From sequence record MT811961.1: a DNA stretch of 64,000 bases. One strand, written 5' to 3'. The translations under genes and the position numbers were made by a program. The notes under the pieces were generated by a model, which was given only the letters and a program-made list of their open reading frames with translations, searched no databases and was not told where the DNA came from. Shown one piece after another: positions 20,594 through 29,123 of this stretch (position 1 is the stretch's first letter; each line of letters opens with the position of its first letter).

Positions 20594-21094
20594 ATGAAAC
20601 TTGGTTCACGTTCTTACACAGATCAATTGAAAGTTTTCTTCGACTACCAAGAGGTAGCCAAAATTCTAGTCGAGTCTGGTTCTGCCGAAACGCTTACTCA
20701 GATTGGCAAAGACTGGCCATCTTACGTTGTTCTATTTCACCCTGAAACCGATCTGCCACTAAGCATCGTTAATGGTGAATATCTTGCAGTGGGCTGTTTG
20801 TCTGCTCGTCCTATGGATGACAAAGAATGGGAAACCTTTACCGAAGAAGAAGTTATGGAGCATGCGAAAAAGAATCGCTCTATCCGTACACATCTACAAG
20901 TATGCAAATCATGCTACGATAAAGACGGTACGATTAAACGCCAGTCAGACTTTGACGGTGAAGTAATCCTGCGCTGTCCTAAGTGCCGTGGTGAAAAGAC
21001 AATCTCTATTCCACGCCCATTCAAAGACGTCTTGGCAGAAGTAAAAGCTCATGCTGCGCTTATGCGTCGTGTTGACCTTAAACAAGTATCTTAA
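20594..21094 (+). CDS. Hypothetical protein with C-terminal Zn ribbon
   Basis: CKSC...CPKC. Confidence 0.65.
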   Translation: MKLGSRSYTDQLKVFFDYQEVAKILVESGSAETLTQIGKDWPSYVVLFHPETDLPLSIVNGEYLAVGCLSARPMDDKEWETFTEEEVMEHAKKNRSIRTHLQVCKSCYDKDGTIKRQSDFDGEVILRCPKCRGEKTISIPRPFKDVLAEVKAHAALMRRVDLKQVS

Positions 21095-21121
21095 TTTAAA
21101 TTTTCATTTGGAGTAACTCTC

Positions 21122-21925
21122 ATGCAATACAGCCACCAAACAACTCACCTAGATGTTATCGCACATGTAACTGGCACACGTTACTTAAAGAACGTGAAAT
21201 CACTGTCTTACTATGTCAATGTATTTCAAAGCCACATGGTCGCTACCATCACAATGCACGACGGTACAGTCTATAGTGACATCGATCTTGTACCACAAGA
21301 CGCAATTGATCTAGAACGCACAGAAGAGTTCGTGTTTGAAGAGCAACTGGGTTCTACTCCTGTGTGGAAGATCCCTAGTATGTCAATCGACATGGATGGT
21401 GACTTTGTCACTATTTATATCCCGAGACTGCTATCTTCATATATCGACTGGAAAGAAACTGATCTTTTGAAGTCAGCGACTTACTGGTTTGAAGTCCAAG
21501 GTACGTATCTTGTAACGCACCCTATCGGTTTACAACAGCTCAGTGTACATCTGGGACAAGAGCTTAAACTTGAAGGCTCTATGGGTTACCCATGTCTTGT
21601 TGTACGTGCGGCTGAGTTCATTGCTATTCGTCCGATTGGAAAACGTCTGATTTGTAAAGACAGTTTACCAATCAACGAACTAGACTTGGAACTATTGACA
21701 TACGATCAATGGGTGGAAGCTTGTCGACTAGCAGGTATTACTGATCCAGAGTATGTACTTGAATGTCCTGTATGTGCCAAGGCGAATGAACGTCCACGTA
21801 CCCTATATCCAAAAGGTACAAAGCAATGTAAACACGATGGTAACATGCGTTTCGAAAAACATGTTCCGGTTGATCATACGTTGGTGCGCCATATACTGCG
21901 TAAGATCAGCAACGTGTTCTACTGA
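21122..21925 (+). CDS. Hypothetical protein with C-terminal Cys motif
   Basis: CPVC...C.H near C-terminus; GGAG RBS. Confidence 0.65.
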   Translation: MQYSHQTTHLDVIAHVTGTRYLKNVKSLSYYVNVFQSHMVATITMHDGTVYSDIDLVPQDAIDLERTEEFVFEEQLGSTPVWKIPSMSIDMDGDFVTIYIPRLLSSYIDWKETDLLKSATYWFEVQGTYLVTHPIGLQQLSVHLGQELKLEGSMGYPCLVVRAAEFIAIRPIGKRLICKDSLPINELDLELLTYDQWVEACRLAGITDPEYVLECPVCAKANERPRTLYPKGTKQCKHDGNMRFEKHVPVDHTLVRHILRKISNVFY

Positions 21926-22012
21926 ACGCCTCTAGATTAACATCTGTCCTACATTGTATAGTTGGACAGGTGTTTTTCTTTAACGCCCTGTCAGAAGATT
22001 ACAGGAGCATTT

Positions 22013-22516
22013 ATGACTACTGCTGTTCATCGTTTCGATGGAAGTGTTTATGGCTTTCGAGCAAGGTATGGTTTTCTAAGCAACTTTTCTGTTTTAGAAA
22101 ACCCCATCGTTAAAACTGACCCGGAAGGAAATGCGATTAAGTATCCTACCGTGGAACATTTTTACATGGCCATGAAAACGAACGATTGGAATGAACGTAA
22201 GATTATTGCTGCGCAGATTACTGCATCAGCGGCGAAGGCATATACCGAAGCAAACGTGGCTGTGCGTGATGACTGGGATGAAATAAAGATCTCGGTTATG
22301 TGGCATGGACTACGTTTAAAATTTTCAGATTTAAATCCTACCTTAAAACAAAAGCTCTTGGATACTGGGGACCGTTTACTCATAGAAGCCAACCGATGGA
22401 ACGATCGGTACTTTGGAGTAGATTGGGAAACCGGAGAAGGAGAAAACGTTCTAGGTCGTTTATTGATGAAGCGAAGAAATCAACTAAGAGAGATTGAAAA
22501 TGGCAAAGATTCGTGA
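22013..22516 (+). CDS. NADAR (YbiA-like) N-glycosidase family protein
   Basis: GFLSNF, YPTVEHFYMAMK, LKF, LL.TG...L.E, D.YFG, G.N.LG..LM..R motifs; AGGAG RBS before ATG 22013. Confidence 0.9.
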   Translation: MTTAVHRFDGSVYGFRARYGFLSNFSVLENPIVKTDPEGNAIKYPTVEHFYMAMKTNDWNERKIIAAQITASAAKAYTEANVAVRDDWDEIKISVMWHGLRLKFSDLNPTLKQKLLDTGDRLLIEANRWNDRYFGVDWETGEGENVLGRLLMKRRNQLREIENGKDS

Positions 22517-23027
22517 CGAGAAATTAGTTTCTGAACTAACTGAGTTTGTAATGCACAAGATTGCATTGCGTGCAAGTCTGCGTGTTTTGTTTACCCCAAA
22601 CAAAGTTGGCTTTGTACAAGTGGAACTCGGTGAGCGAGGACGTTTCCTAGTGAACCCTCACTATGGCTGTTTCCAGTACGAGAAAGCATTCACGTTGGCA
22701 ATGGACCAATACGATGCTTCTGTTGTCAAACTAGACGACAAACTAGCAGTCATCATTCCGGAAGGCTATGGGAAAGAACGCCGCATCCATCGCAAAGACG
22801 ATTACATGGTTCAGCCACAAGGCGACTCCCCATTGATTGACGTACTAACTGGCGAACAATGGTATGTTCAAACCATGCCTAAGTCCGTACATGTCATTGA
22901 TGAAGATACAATGGACGTGCGTGTCGAAACTCAAGAAGCTATCTACATCAATCGTGAAGGCGGCATTCAGGTAAACATTGTTAACTTCCCGAAAGCAATG
23001 GGTCGTTTAACTACACGTTTCTTCTAA
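22500..23027 (+). CDS. Hypothetical protein
   Basis: ORF 22494-23027 overlapping the NADAR end. Confidence 0.65.
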   Translation: MAKIRDEKLVSELTEFVMHKIALRASLRVLFTPNKVGFVQVELGERGRFLVNPHYGCFQYEKAFTLAMDQYDASVVKLDDKLAVIIPEGYGKERRIHRKDDYMVQPQGDSPLIDVLTGEQWYVQTMPKSVHVIDEDTMDVRVETQEAIYINREGGIQVNIVNFPKAMGRLTTRFF

Positions 23028-23038
23028 GGAGCAAGAAG

Positions 23039-23245
23039 ATGGATATCATTATTGTCATCCTCATCACATTGCTTTATATGTTCATGTCTTTTGCGGAAGG
23101 CATTGCCACTGCCGCATTCAAGGATTGGAAGCGCACAAAAGTCAGAATGGATTTGCTGGCTTACATTTTTGCCACTGGCGTTTCTGGTTTCTGTGTTATA
23201 GTTATCTGCTATCTTGCCGCACCATACTTTATACAGCTCCACTAA
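23039..23245 (+). CDS. Small two-TM membrane protein
   Basis: Two hydrophobic segments; AAGGAG RBS; terminator follows. Confidence 0.65.
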   Translation: MDIIIVILITLLYMFMSFAEGIATAAFKDWKRTKVRMDLLAYIFATGVSGFCVIVICYLAAPYFIQLH

Positions 23246-23251
23246 TACAAA

Positions 23252-23299
23252 CACGGCGACCTTCGGGTCGTCGTGCTGTATATCCTTTTTTATTTTTTG
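23252..23299 (+). terminator. Rho-independent terminator (UUCG loop)
   Basis: CACGGCGACC-ttcg-GGTCGTCGTG plus T tracts. Confidence 0.75.
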
Positions 23300-23339
23300 T
23301 TCGATTAATATGTGTACACAAACAAATGGAGTAAACACC

Positions 23340-24032
23340 ATGTCTATTGAAGATGGTCTACTTATCTCGGTCGATGGTTTAGGCGGCTCGGGTAAAACCA
23401 CACAAATCGAAAAACTAAAGGCTTACTTGGAGTCAATCGGTCACGCAGTTCGAGTCCAGAAGTTTCCGGATTACGAGTCACCTACAGGCAAAATCATTAA
23501 GTCTTACCTAGATGGCCAATTGGGCAAACCAGAAGATATCCCTGCTGACTATATCTCTGGGCTGTATGCTTTGGACCGCGCTGCTGCTTTTAAAGAGATC
23601 GAACATGATCTTAGTCATGGCGACGTCATTATCCTAGATCGCTCATACTTCTCTGGTGCTGCATATCAAGCTGCTCACGAATATACCTATGGTGACGAAG
23701 ACCCACACCAGTATCTCGCACGCTGGTTAGATATCGAGTTTAACCATGTCGGTGTTCGACCTCCTCATGTGGCGCTTTATCTTGCGGTTACAGCAGAACG
23801 TGCTCTTGGATTGATTGATGCTCGTGGCGAAGTAACTGGCGAAGGCCGAGACATCCATGAGGGCGACCATGAGTTTATGGATATCGTGATTGATAATTTC
23901 GATCACATGACTGAACTTTACGACCTGACTAAAATTAATGTTATGGACAATAATGAAATGCGCAGTGCCGATGATATCCATGCAGATATTAAATCCGCAC
24001 TCGCAGAAGAACTAGTACGGGTGGAAAGATAA
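23340..24032 (+). CDS. tmk: Thymidylate (dTMP) kinase
   Basis: P-loop SVDGLGGSGKTTQ, KFP, LYALDR, ILDRSY, P...LYL; GGAG RBS before ATG 23340. Confidence 0.92.
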   Translation: MSIEDGLLISVDGLGGSGKTTQIEKLKAYLESIGHAVRVQKFPDYESPTGKIIKSYLDGQLGKPEDIPADYISGLYALDRAAAFKEIEHDLSHGDVIILDRSYFSGAAYQAAHEYTYGDEDPHQYLARWLDIEFNHVGVRPPHVALYLAVTAERALGLIDARGEVTGEGRDIHEGDHEFMDIVIDNFDHMTELYDLTKINVMDNNEMRSADDIHADIKSALAEELVRVER

Positions 24033-24472
24033 TGAACGCAGCGGATATCCTTAATGAGTGGAAATGCGCAGAGATACAATTACGCCAATTGGCAGAACAA
24101 CACTTTGAAAGCGGCTACTCAAGACGTAAGCTCATGTCTTATTTCTATGCTCGCTGGATGTGTGGTAGCCGAATTCCAGTTTATCTAAAGCACGGTCTTA
24201 GTCGCAAACGCATGGATGCGGTTCATCGGTTCCTTAGAGACACAGAGAACAACGATGAGTACTTTATCCATGCACTTAATCTAGTACTAAGAAAACACGG
24301 CTACAAGCGCTTACGCAGCGATATAGACATTGGCATGTTAGGTGCGGCCATGGCGGAACCAGTTATCTCTGGTCTTGCTTTTACGAACCATACCGGCGAG
24401 TTAACTGAAAAGCAGCTAGAGAAGCTAGAAATGATCGTGGACAAATACTCTGCTCCATTAACGAGAAAATAA
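24032..24472 (+). CDS. Hypothetical protein
   Basis: 146-aa ORF coupled to tmk. Confidence 0.65.
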   Translation: MNAADILNEWKCAEIQLRQLAEQHFESGYSRRKLMSYFYARWMCGSRIPVYLKHGLSRKRMDAVHRFLRDTENNDEYFIHALNLVLRKHGYKRLRSDIDIGMLGAAMAEPVISGLAFTNHTGELTEKQLEKLEMIVDKYSAPLTRK

Positions 24473-24478
24473 GAAATA

Positions 24479-24515
24479 GCCACCTCCTTGCGGGGGTGGT
24501 TAATCTATTATTTTT
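24479..24515 (+). terminator. Rho-independent terminator
   Basis: GCCACCTCC-ttgc-GGGGGTGGT plus T-rich tail. Confidence 0.65.
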
Positions 24516-24590
24516 CTCTCTGTAATTAAAAACAACCCTCTGTAATAACATGAACAAAAACCAACCATCAACCTTAAAAGGAAAATAAAA

Positions 24591-26879
24591 ATGCTTAACA
24601 TTAACGTTACAAAACGACTAGGTGTACAAGAGAAGTTCACCGAAGATAAAGTAAGTCGTGTTGTTGACTGGGCAGCAGAAGGTCTTTCAGGCGTATCTGC
24701 AAGTGCGGTTATCATGAAGGCGTCTATTGACCTTTATGACGGCATTCCCACTGCTGAGATTCATGAAGCACTAATCATGGCAGCAGTTAGTCTTATTAGC
24801 AAAGATGCACCAGATTACCAAATCTTAGCTGGTCGTCTAAAACTATTCGAAATGCGCAAAGAAGCATTTGGTGGTTTCGAAACTCCGACTATTCGTTCTC
24901 AAGTAGAACGCATGGTAACACTAGGTCGCTATGACCATACTCTTCTAGAACAATACACTCCAGAACAACTGGATGAGCTAGAAACAATTATCGACCACAG
25001 TCGTGACCTTAACCTAGGTTGGGCTGGTATGGCACAGTTACGTGACAAGTACGTCGTACAAGACCGTAACACAGGTGAGATCTTTGAATCTCCACAGTTT
25101 ATCTATCTGTTAGTAGGCGCTACGCTCTTCAGTGCATATCCGCACGACGAGCGCATGAAATACATCCGTAAATTCTACGACGTGACGTCAATGGGTAAGG
25201 TATCACTACCTACTCCAATCATGGCAGGTGTGCGTACTTCACTGCGTCAGTTCTCTTCTTGTGTTGTTATTGAATCGGATGACTCTATCCTGGGTATTGG
25301 TGCAGCAGCTACGGCCATCATGGTTTACGTAGCACAACGCGCTGGCATCGGTCTAAACTTTGGTGCTATCCGTCCTAAAGGTTCTCCTATCCGTGACGGA
25401 AGTGTAACTCACACAGGCGTAGTTCAATACCTTAAAATGTTTGAAGCTGCGACGAACTCTTGTGCACAAGGGGGCATCAGACCAGGCAGTGCCACGGCTT
25501 ACTACCCATTCTTCCACCGAGACGCTCGTGACTTCCTTGTACTGAAGAATAACCGTGGTACTGATGAAACACGTGCCCGTCACCTAGACTACTCTCTTCA
25601 GGGCTCTCGTTTCCTACTAGAGCGTATCCGTGGTGAAATCACTCTGTTCGATACGACACAGATTCCTGAAGTAGTTAAGGCGTTCTTCTCCGATGACTAC
25701 GAAGAATTCAAGCGCTTATACGAAGCAGCTGAGAACAACCCATTGTTGAAAGACACATCGGTTCGTGTTAACACATTAGAGTTCATGACAGAGTTCTTAA
25801 ATGAACGTAGCCAAACAGGTCGTTACTACTGGTTCGATGCCAACCATGTAAACAGTCATGGTCCATTTGACCCTGAGTTTGCTCCTGTACGTCAATCCAA
25901 CCTATGTTTAGAAATTGCATTGCCTACCAAGCCTCTTAAACATAGCGTTCATGACGAAGACGCAGAGATCGCTCTATGTACATTGTCTGCCTTCAACTGG
26001 CTAGAGCTTACCACAGAAGAAGACTTCAAAGAGTGTGCTGATATTGTTGTTCGTGCGCTTGATGAACTTCTGTCTTACCAAGACTACCCATTGGCAGCAG
26101 CCGAGAACTCAGTTAACCTATACCGCCCACTTGGTGTTGGTATCATTAACTATGCTGCTGACATGGCGAAGAACGGTTGGAAGTACGGCGAACAAGAAGC
26201 ACTAGACTACACTCACCGCAAGATGGAAATGATGCAGTACTACTTGATGCGTGCATCTGTTCAAATGGCGAAAGAGTTTGGTCGCTGTGAAGGCTTCAAT
26301 AACTTGCGTTATGCTACTAAAGGCCAAATGGTTATCGATACTTACTGTAAGAACGTTGACCAGTTAACTAGTGAACCACTACACATGGACTGGGAAGGTC
26401 TACGTGCAGACATCGCTAAGCATGGTATTCGCAATGCGACTTTAACGGCACTGATGCCTTCTGAAACTAGTTCTCAGGTATGTGGTGCAACTAACGGCAT
26501 TGAACCACCTCGTCGTGAAGTAACCACTAAGACTTCTAAGTCTGGTCCCCTTAAGCTTGTAGTGCCACTGGATGGTATCAACATCGATGACTATACATAT
26601 GCTTGGGAAATGCCAAACAACGATGGCTATCTGTACACAGTAGCAGTACTTCAGAAGTTTGTCGACCAAACTATCTCGGCTAACACATACTACGTGCCGT
26701 CTCATTACCCGAATGGCAAGGTTCCGGTGAAAGTACTACTTAAAGATCTAGCTACTGCTATTAAACTGGGCATCAAATGCCTTTACTATCACAACACGCA
26801 ACCACAAGGCGAAGATCGTCTAACCATTACGGTTGAAAAAGAAGATGAATCGTGCGCTGGTGGTGGCTGCAAGATCTAA
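24591..26879 (+). CDS. nrdA: Ribonucleoside-diphosphate reductase class Ia, alpha subunit
   Basis: N-terminal ATP cone, SSCV, QSNLCLEI, LCTL, PSETSSQ, LYY pair, C-terminal CAGGGC; no intein or intron. Confidence 0.97.
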   Translation: MLNINVTKRLGVQEKFTEDKVSRVVDWAAEGLSGVSASAVIMKASIDLYDGIPTAEIHEALIMAAVSLISKDAPDYQILAGRLKLFEMRKEAFGGFETPTIRSQVERMVTLGRYDHTLLEQYTPEQLDELETIIDHSRDLNLGWAGMAQLRDKYVVQDRNTGEIFESPQFIYLLVGATLFSAYPHDERMKYIRKFYDVTSMGKVSLPTPIMAGVRTSLRQFSSCVVIESDDSILGIGAAATAIMVYVAQRAGIGLNFGAIRPKGSPIRDGSVTHTGVVQYLKMFEAATNSCAQGGIRPGSATAYYPFFHRDARDFLVLKNNRGTDETRARHLDYSLQGSRFLLERIRGEITLFDTTQIPEVVKAFFSDDYEEFKRLYEAAENNPLLKDTSVRVNTLEFMTEFLNERSQTGRYYWFDANHVNSHGPFDPEFAPVRQSNLCLEIALPTKPLKHSVHDEDAEIALCTLSAFNWLELTTEEDFKECADIVVRALDELLSYQDYPLAAAENSVNLYRPLGVGIINYAADMAKNGWKYGEQEALDYTHRKMEMMQYYLMRASVQMAKEFGRCEGFNNLRYATKGQMVIDTYCKNVDQLTSEPLHMDWEGLRADIAKHGIRNATLTALMPSETSSQVCGATNGIEPPRREVTTKTSKSGPLKLVVPLDGINIDDYTYAWEMPNNDGYLYTVAVLQKFVDQTISANTYYVPSHYPNGKVPVKVLLKDLATAIKLGIKCLYYHNTQPQGEDRLTITVEKEDESCAGGGCKI

Positions 26880-26898
26880 CAAACTAACTTAGCCTTAT

Positions 26899-26956
26899 GC
26901 CCCCGAGCTGAGATGGTTGGTAACATTCAACTTGGGGGCCTCTTTATATCGAGAGG
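26899..26956 (+). other. Long intergenic stem-loop plus SD-occluding hairpin after nrdA
   Basis: GCCCCCGAG...CTTGGGGGC (26899-26939); CCTCT-ttatatcg-AGAGG (26939-26956) pairs with the GAGG RBS of 26962. Confidence 0.55.
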
Positions 26957-26961
26957 TAACA

Positions 26962-27348
26962 ATGGACTTTTCAGTAGACGCATGCACAGCACGTCACATC
27001 GAACATATCGAAATAGATGGTGAACCGTGCATCAAGTCAAACGGCACAATCATTACTCTGCCTGCACTAATCGAACTGGCGCACTACGAGTCACGCAACG
27101 ATGCTTTAGATACGGTACGAGACATTGAAGGTTTGTTCTTGGCTGCGAATAATGCAATCTTGAAAGACCGTAATCATGCTGGTTTTGTTAGCCTGGATGA
27201 CAAGCGACGTGGTGACTATACACTGAAGCTCACTGAGCAAGAAGGTGACGAACATCGTTACTACGAATGGTCTTGTCCATTCTACTGTCACATCATATTG
27301 ACCACAGCTCGTGGTTTTGTTCTAGAAGTTAAAGGAGTAGGTCACTAA
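26962..27348 (+). CDS. Hypothetical protein between nrdA and nrdB
   Basis: GAGGT RBS; no GIY-YIG or HNH motif seen. Confidence 0.65.
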   Translation: MDFSVDACTARHIEHIEIDGEPCIKSNGTIITLPALIELAHYESRNDALDTVRDIEGLFLAANNAILKDRNHAGFVSLDDKRRGDYTLKLTEQEGDEHRYYEWSCPFYCHIILTTARGFVLEVKGVGH

Positions 27349-27914
27349 TGTTTGAATCAGCAGAAGTATCCGAGATTAACTTTCCTTGTCCGATTAAGGT
27401 CGAGGAAGGTAAACTCATCATCGAGTGGGTAAGCGGTAACCAGGAATTGAGTTTGGCTGGTTTTATCAAGGCTCACCTAGAATGGCCAGATGCCGGATCT
27501 ATTGAACATCTGACCAACCTTTACTACGAAGGATTCCACGGCACACTGACATGTATGTTTAGTCTACCTAAGCGCGACAAACATCAGGTACACGGCCTCC
27601 AGTTAGATGTGGAGGACATTCCTTTCCGTCAAGTAAAGCTAATTGACTCAGTTGGTAATACACATGCGATTGCTTTGGAAGAGATGCCTGAGTTCTCAAA
27701 GGGCGATGTACTGGTCATCAATGAGAAGTGGAATCTAAAAGTACTTGTATTGCAAGATCTTTATTGGAAAGACCTTGTTCCTTTCATGGTTGACGGAGAG
27801 TTTACTCGTGTCAGCCAAGAACAAATGATCGAGAGCGGGAAGTTCGGTAGTACGGTAAGCTCAACAATTACTATCACTCCAAGTCATACTTTCGCCGAAA
27901 CAGAAATTCAATAA
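27348..27914 (+). CDS. Hypothetical protein between nrdA and nrdB
   Basis: TAATG coupling; AAGGAG RBS. Confidence 0.65.
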   Translation: MFESAEVSEINFPCPIKVEEGKLIIEWVSGNQELSLAGFIKAHLEWPDAGSIEHLTNLYYEGFHGTLTCMFSLPKRDKHQVHGLQLDVEDIPFRQVKLIDSVGNTHAIALEEMPEFSKGDVLVINEKWNLKVLVLQDLYWKDLVPFMVDGEFTRVSQEQMIESGKFGSTVSSTITITPSHTFAETEIQ

Positions 27915-27928
27915 TAGGAAAAATAAAA

Positions 27929-29047
27929 ATGGTAGATGTATTTAAGTCAGGCCCAACGGATTACCTTAACCAGCCAATGTTTCTTGGCGATGTGGTAAGT
28001 ACTGCCCGTTATGACGAGCAGACACACCCTGAGTTCGAACGTCTAATCAGTCGACAGCTGGCATTCTTCTGGCGTCCTGAAGAAATTAACGTCACTAAAG
28101 ATCGCCTCGATTATGAACAGATGTCGGACCACGAGCGTTTTATCTTTACTGAAAACTTGAAGTACCAGACGCTATTGGATTCAATTCAAGGCCGTAGTCC
28201 TAACTTGGCTTTCTTGGAACTTACTTCTATTCCTGAATTGGAAACATGGATTGAGACCTGGTCATTCTCCGAGACAATCCACTCTCGTTCATACACACAC
28301 ATTATCCGCAACCTAGTTAACCATCCAGAAGAAATCCTATCTGACATCACGGTTAACCCTGCGATCATTAAACGTGCTGAGTTCTTTACGTCTGCATACA
28401 ACGAATGCATAGACATGAACACCGAACGTCGCAACATCATGAATCGCGGCGAAACTCCAAATGAAGAGTTCATGCATAAGCATCGTTACCATATTCTGAA
28501 AGCATTGGTCACGGTTAACGCTCTAGAAGCAATTGCCTTTTATGTGAGCTTTGCATGTAGCTTCGCCTTTGCAGAAAAGAAAAAGATGCGCGGTAACGGC
28601 AACATCATTCGTTTGATTGCGAGAGATGAGGCCCTCCATCTCAAGGGTACGGAGTACATGCTTAATGTTCTTCGCAAAGCTCCACTATGGAAAGAAGTAT
28701 GGGATGAGAACTACGACGAGTTTCGTGGCATCTTCTTACAAGCGGTTCAAAACGAAGAAGATTGGGCCGACCATCTATTCCAGTATGGTTCATTGATTGG
28801 TCTAAATGCAGACTACATCAAACGCTTTGTTCGCTATATTGCTAACGTGCGCATGTCTACAATCCAAATGGGCATTCCGTTCCCTGAGCAAACAGATAAC
28901 CCACTGCCGTGGATCTTTACATCTGGCTGGCTGAGTTCTGATGCAACACAGGTAGCACCACAAGAAGAAGAAATCACTGACTACCTAACAGGTGACTTAG
29001 ATACCAACGTATCAGAAGACGATCTAGATGACTTAGACTTCGTTTAA
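27929..29047 (+). CDS. nrdB: Ribonucleoside-diphosphate reductase class Ia, beta subunit
   Basis: FFWRPEE, TLLDSIQ, ETIHSRSY (E/H/Tyr radical), LEAIAFYVSF, RDEALH, C-terminal DYL. Confidence 0.97.
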   Translation: MVDVFKSGPTDYLNQPMFLGDVVSTARYDEQTHPEFERLISRQLAFFWRPEEINVTKDRLDYEQMSDHERFIFTENLKYQTLLDSIQGRSPNLAFLELTSIPELETWIETWSFSETIHSRSYTHIIRNLVNHPEEILSDITVNPAIIKRAEFFTSAYNECIDMNTERRNIMNRGETPNEEFMHKHRYHILKALVTVNALEAIAFYVSFACSFAFAEKKKMRGNGNIIRLIARDEALHLKGTEYMLNVLRKAPLWKEVWDENYDEFRGIFLQAVQNEEDWADHLFQYGSLIGLNADYIKRFVRYIANVRMSTIQMGIPFPEQTDNPLPWIFTSGWLSSDATQVAPQEEEITDYLTGDLDTNVSEDDLDDLDFV

Positions 29048-29074
29048 TTTTATAGGCGGTTTGCGCCTTTCTAA

Positions 29075-29109
29075 GGGAGTTAGAATACTGACTCCCACTT
29101 TTATTTTTT
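29075..29109 (+). terminator. Rho-independent terminator
   Basis: GGGAGTTAG-aata-CTGACTCCC plus acttttatttttt. Confidence 0.75.
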
Positions 29110-29123
29110 CTTGGAGATTAATA

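Noticed and set aside
26962-27914. Homing endonucleases between nrdA and nrdB
   Set aside because: No GIY-YIG, HNH or LAGLIDADG motif in either ORF
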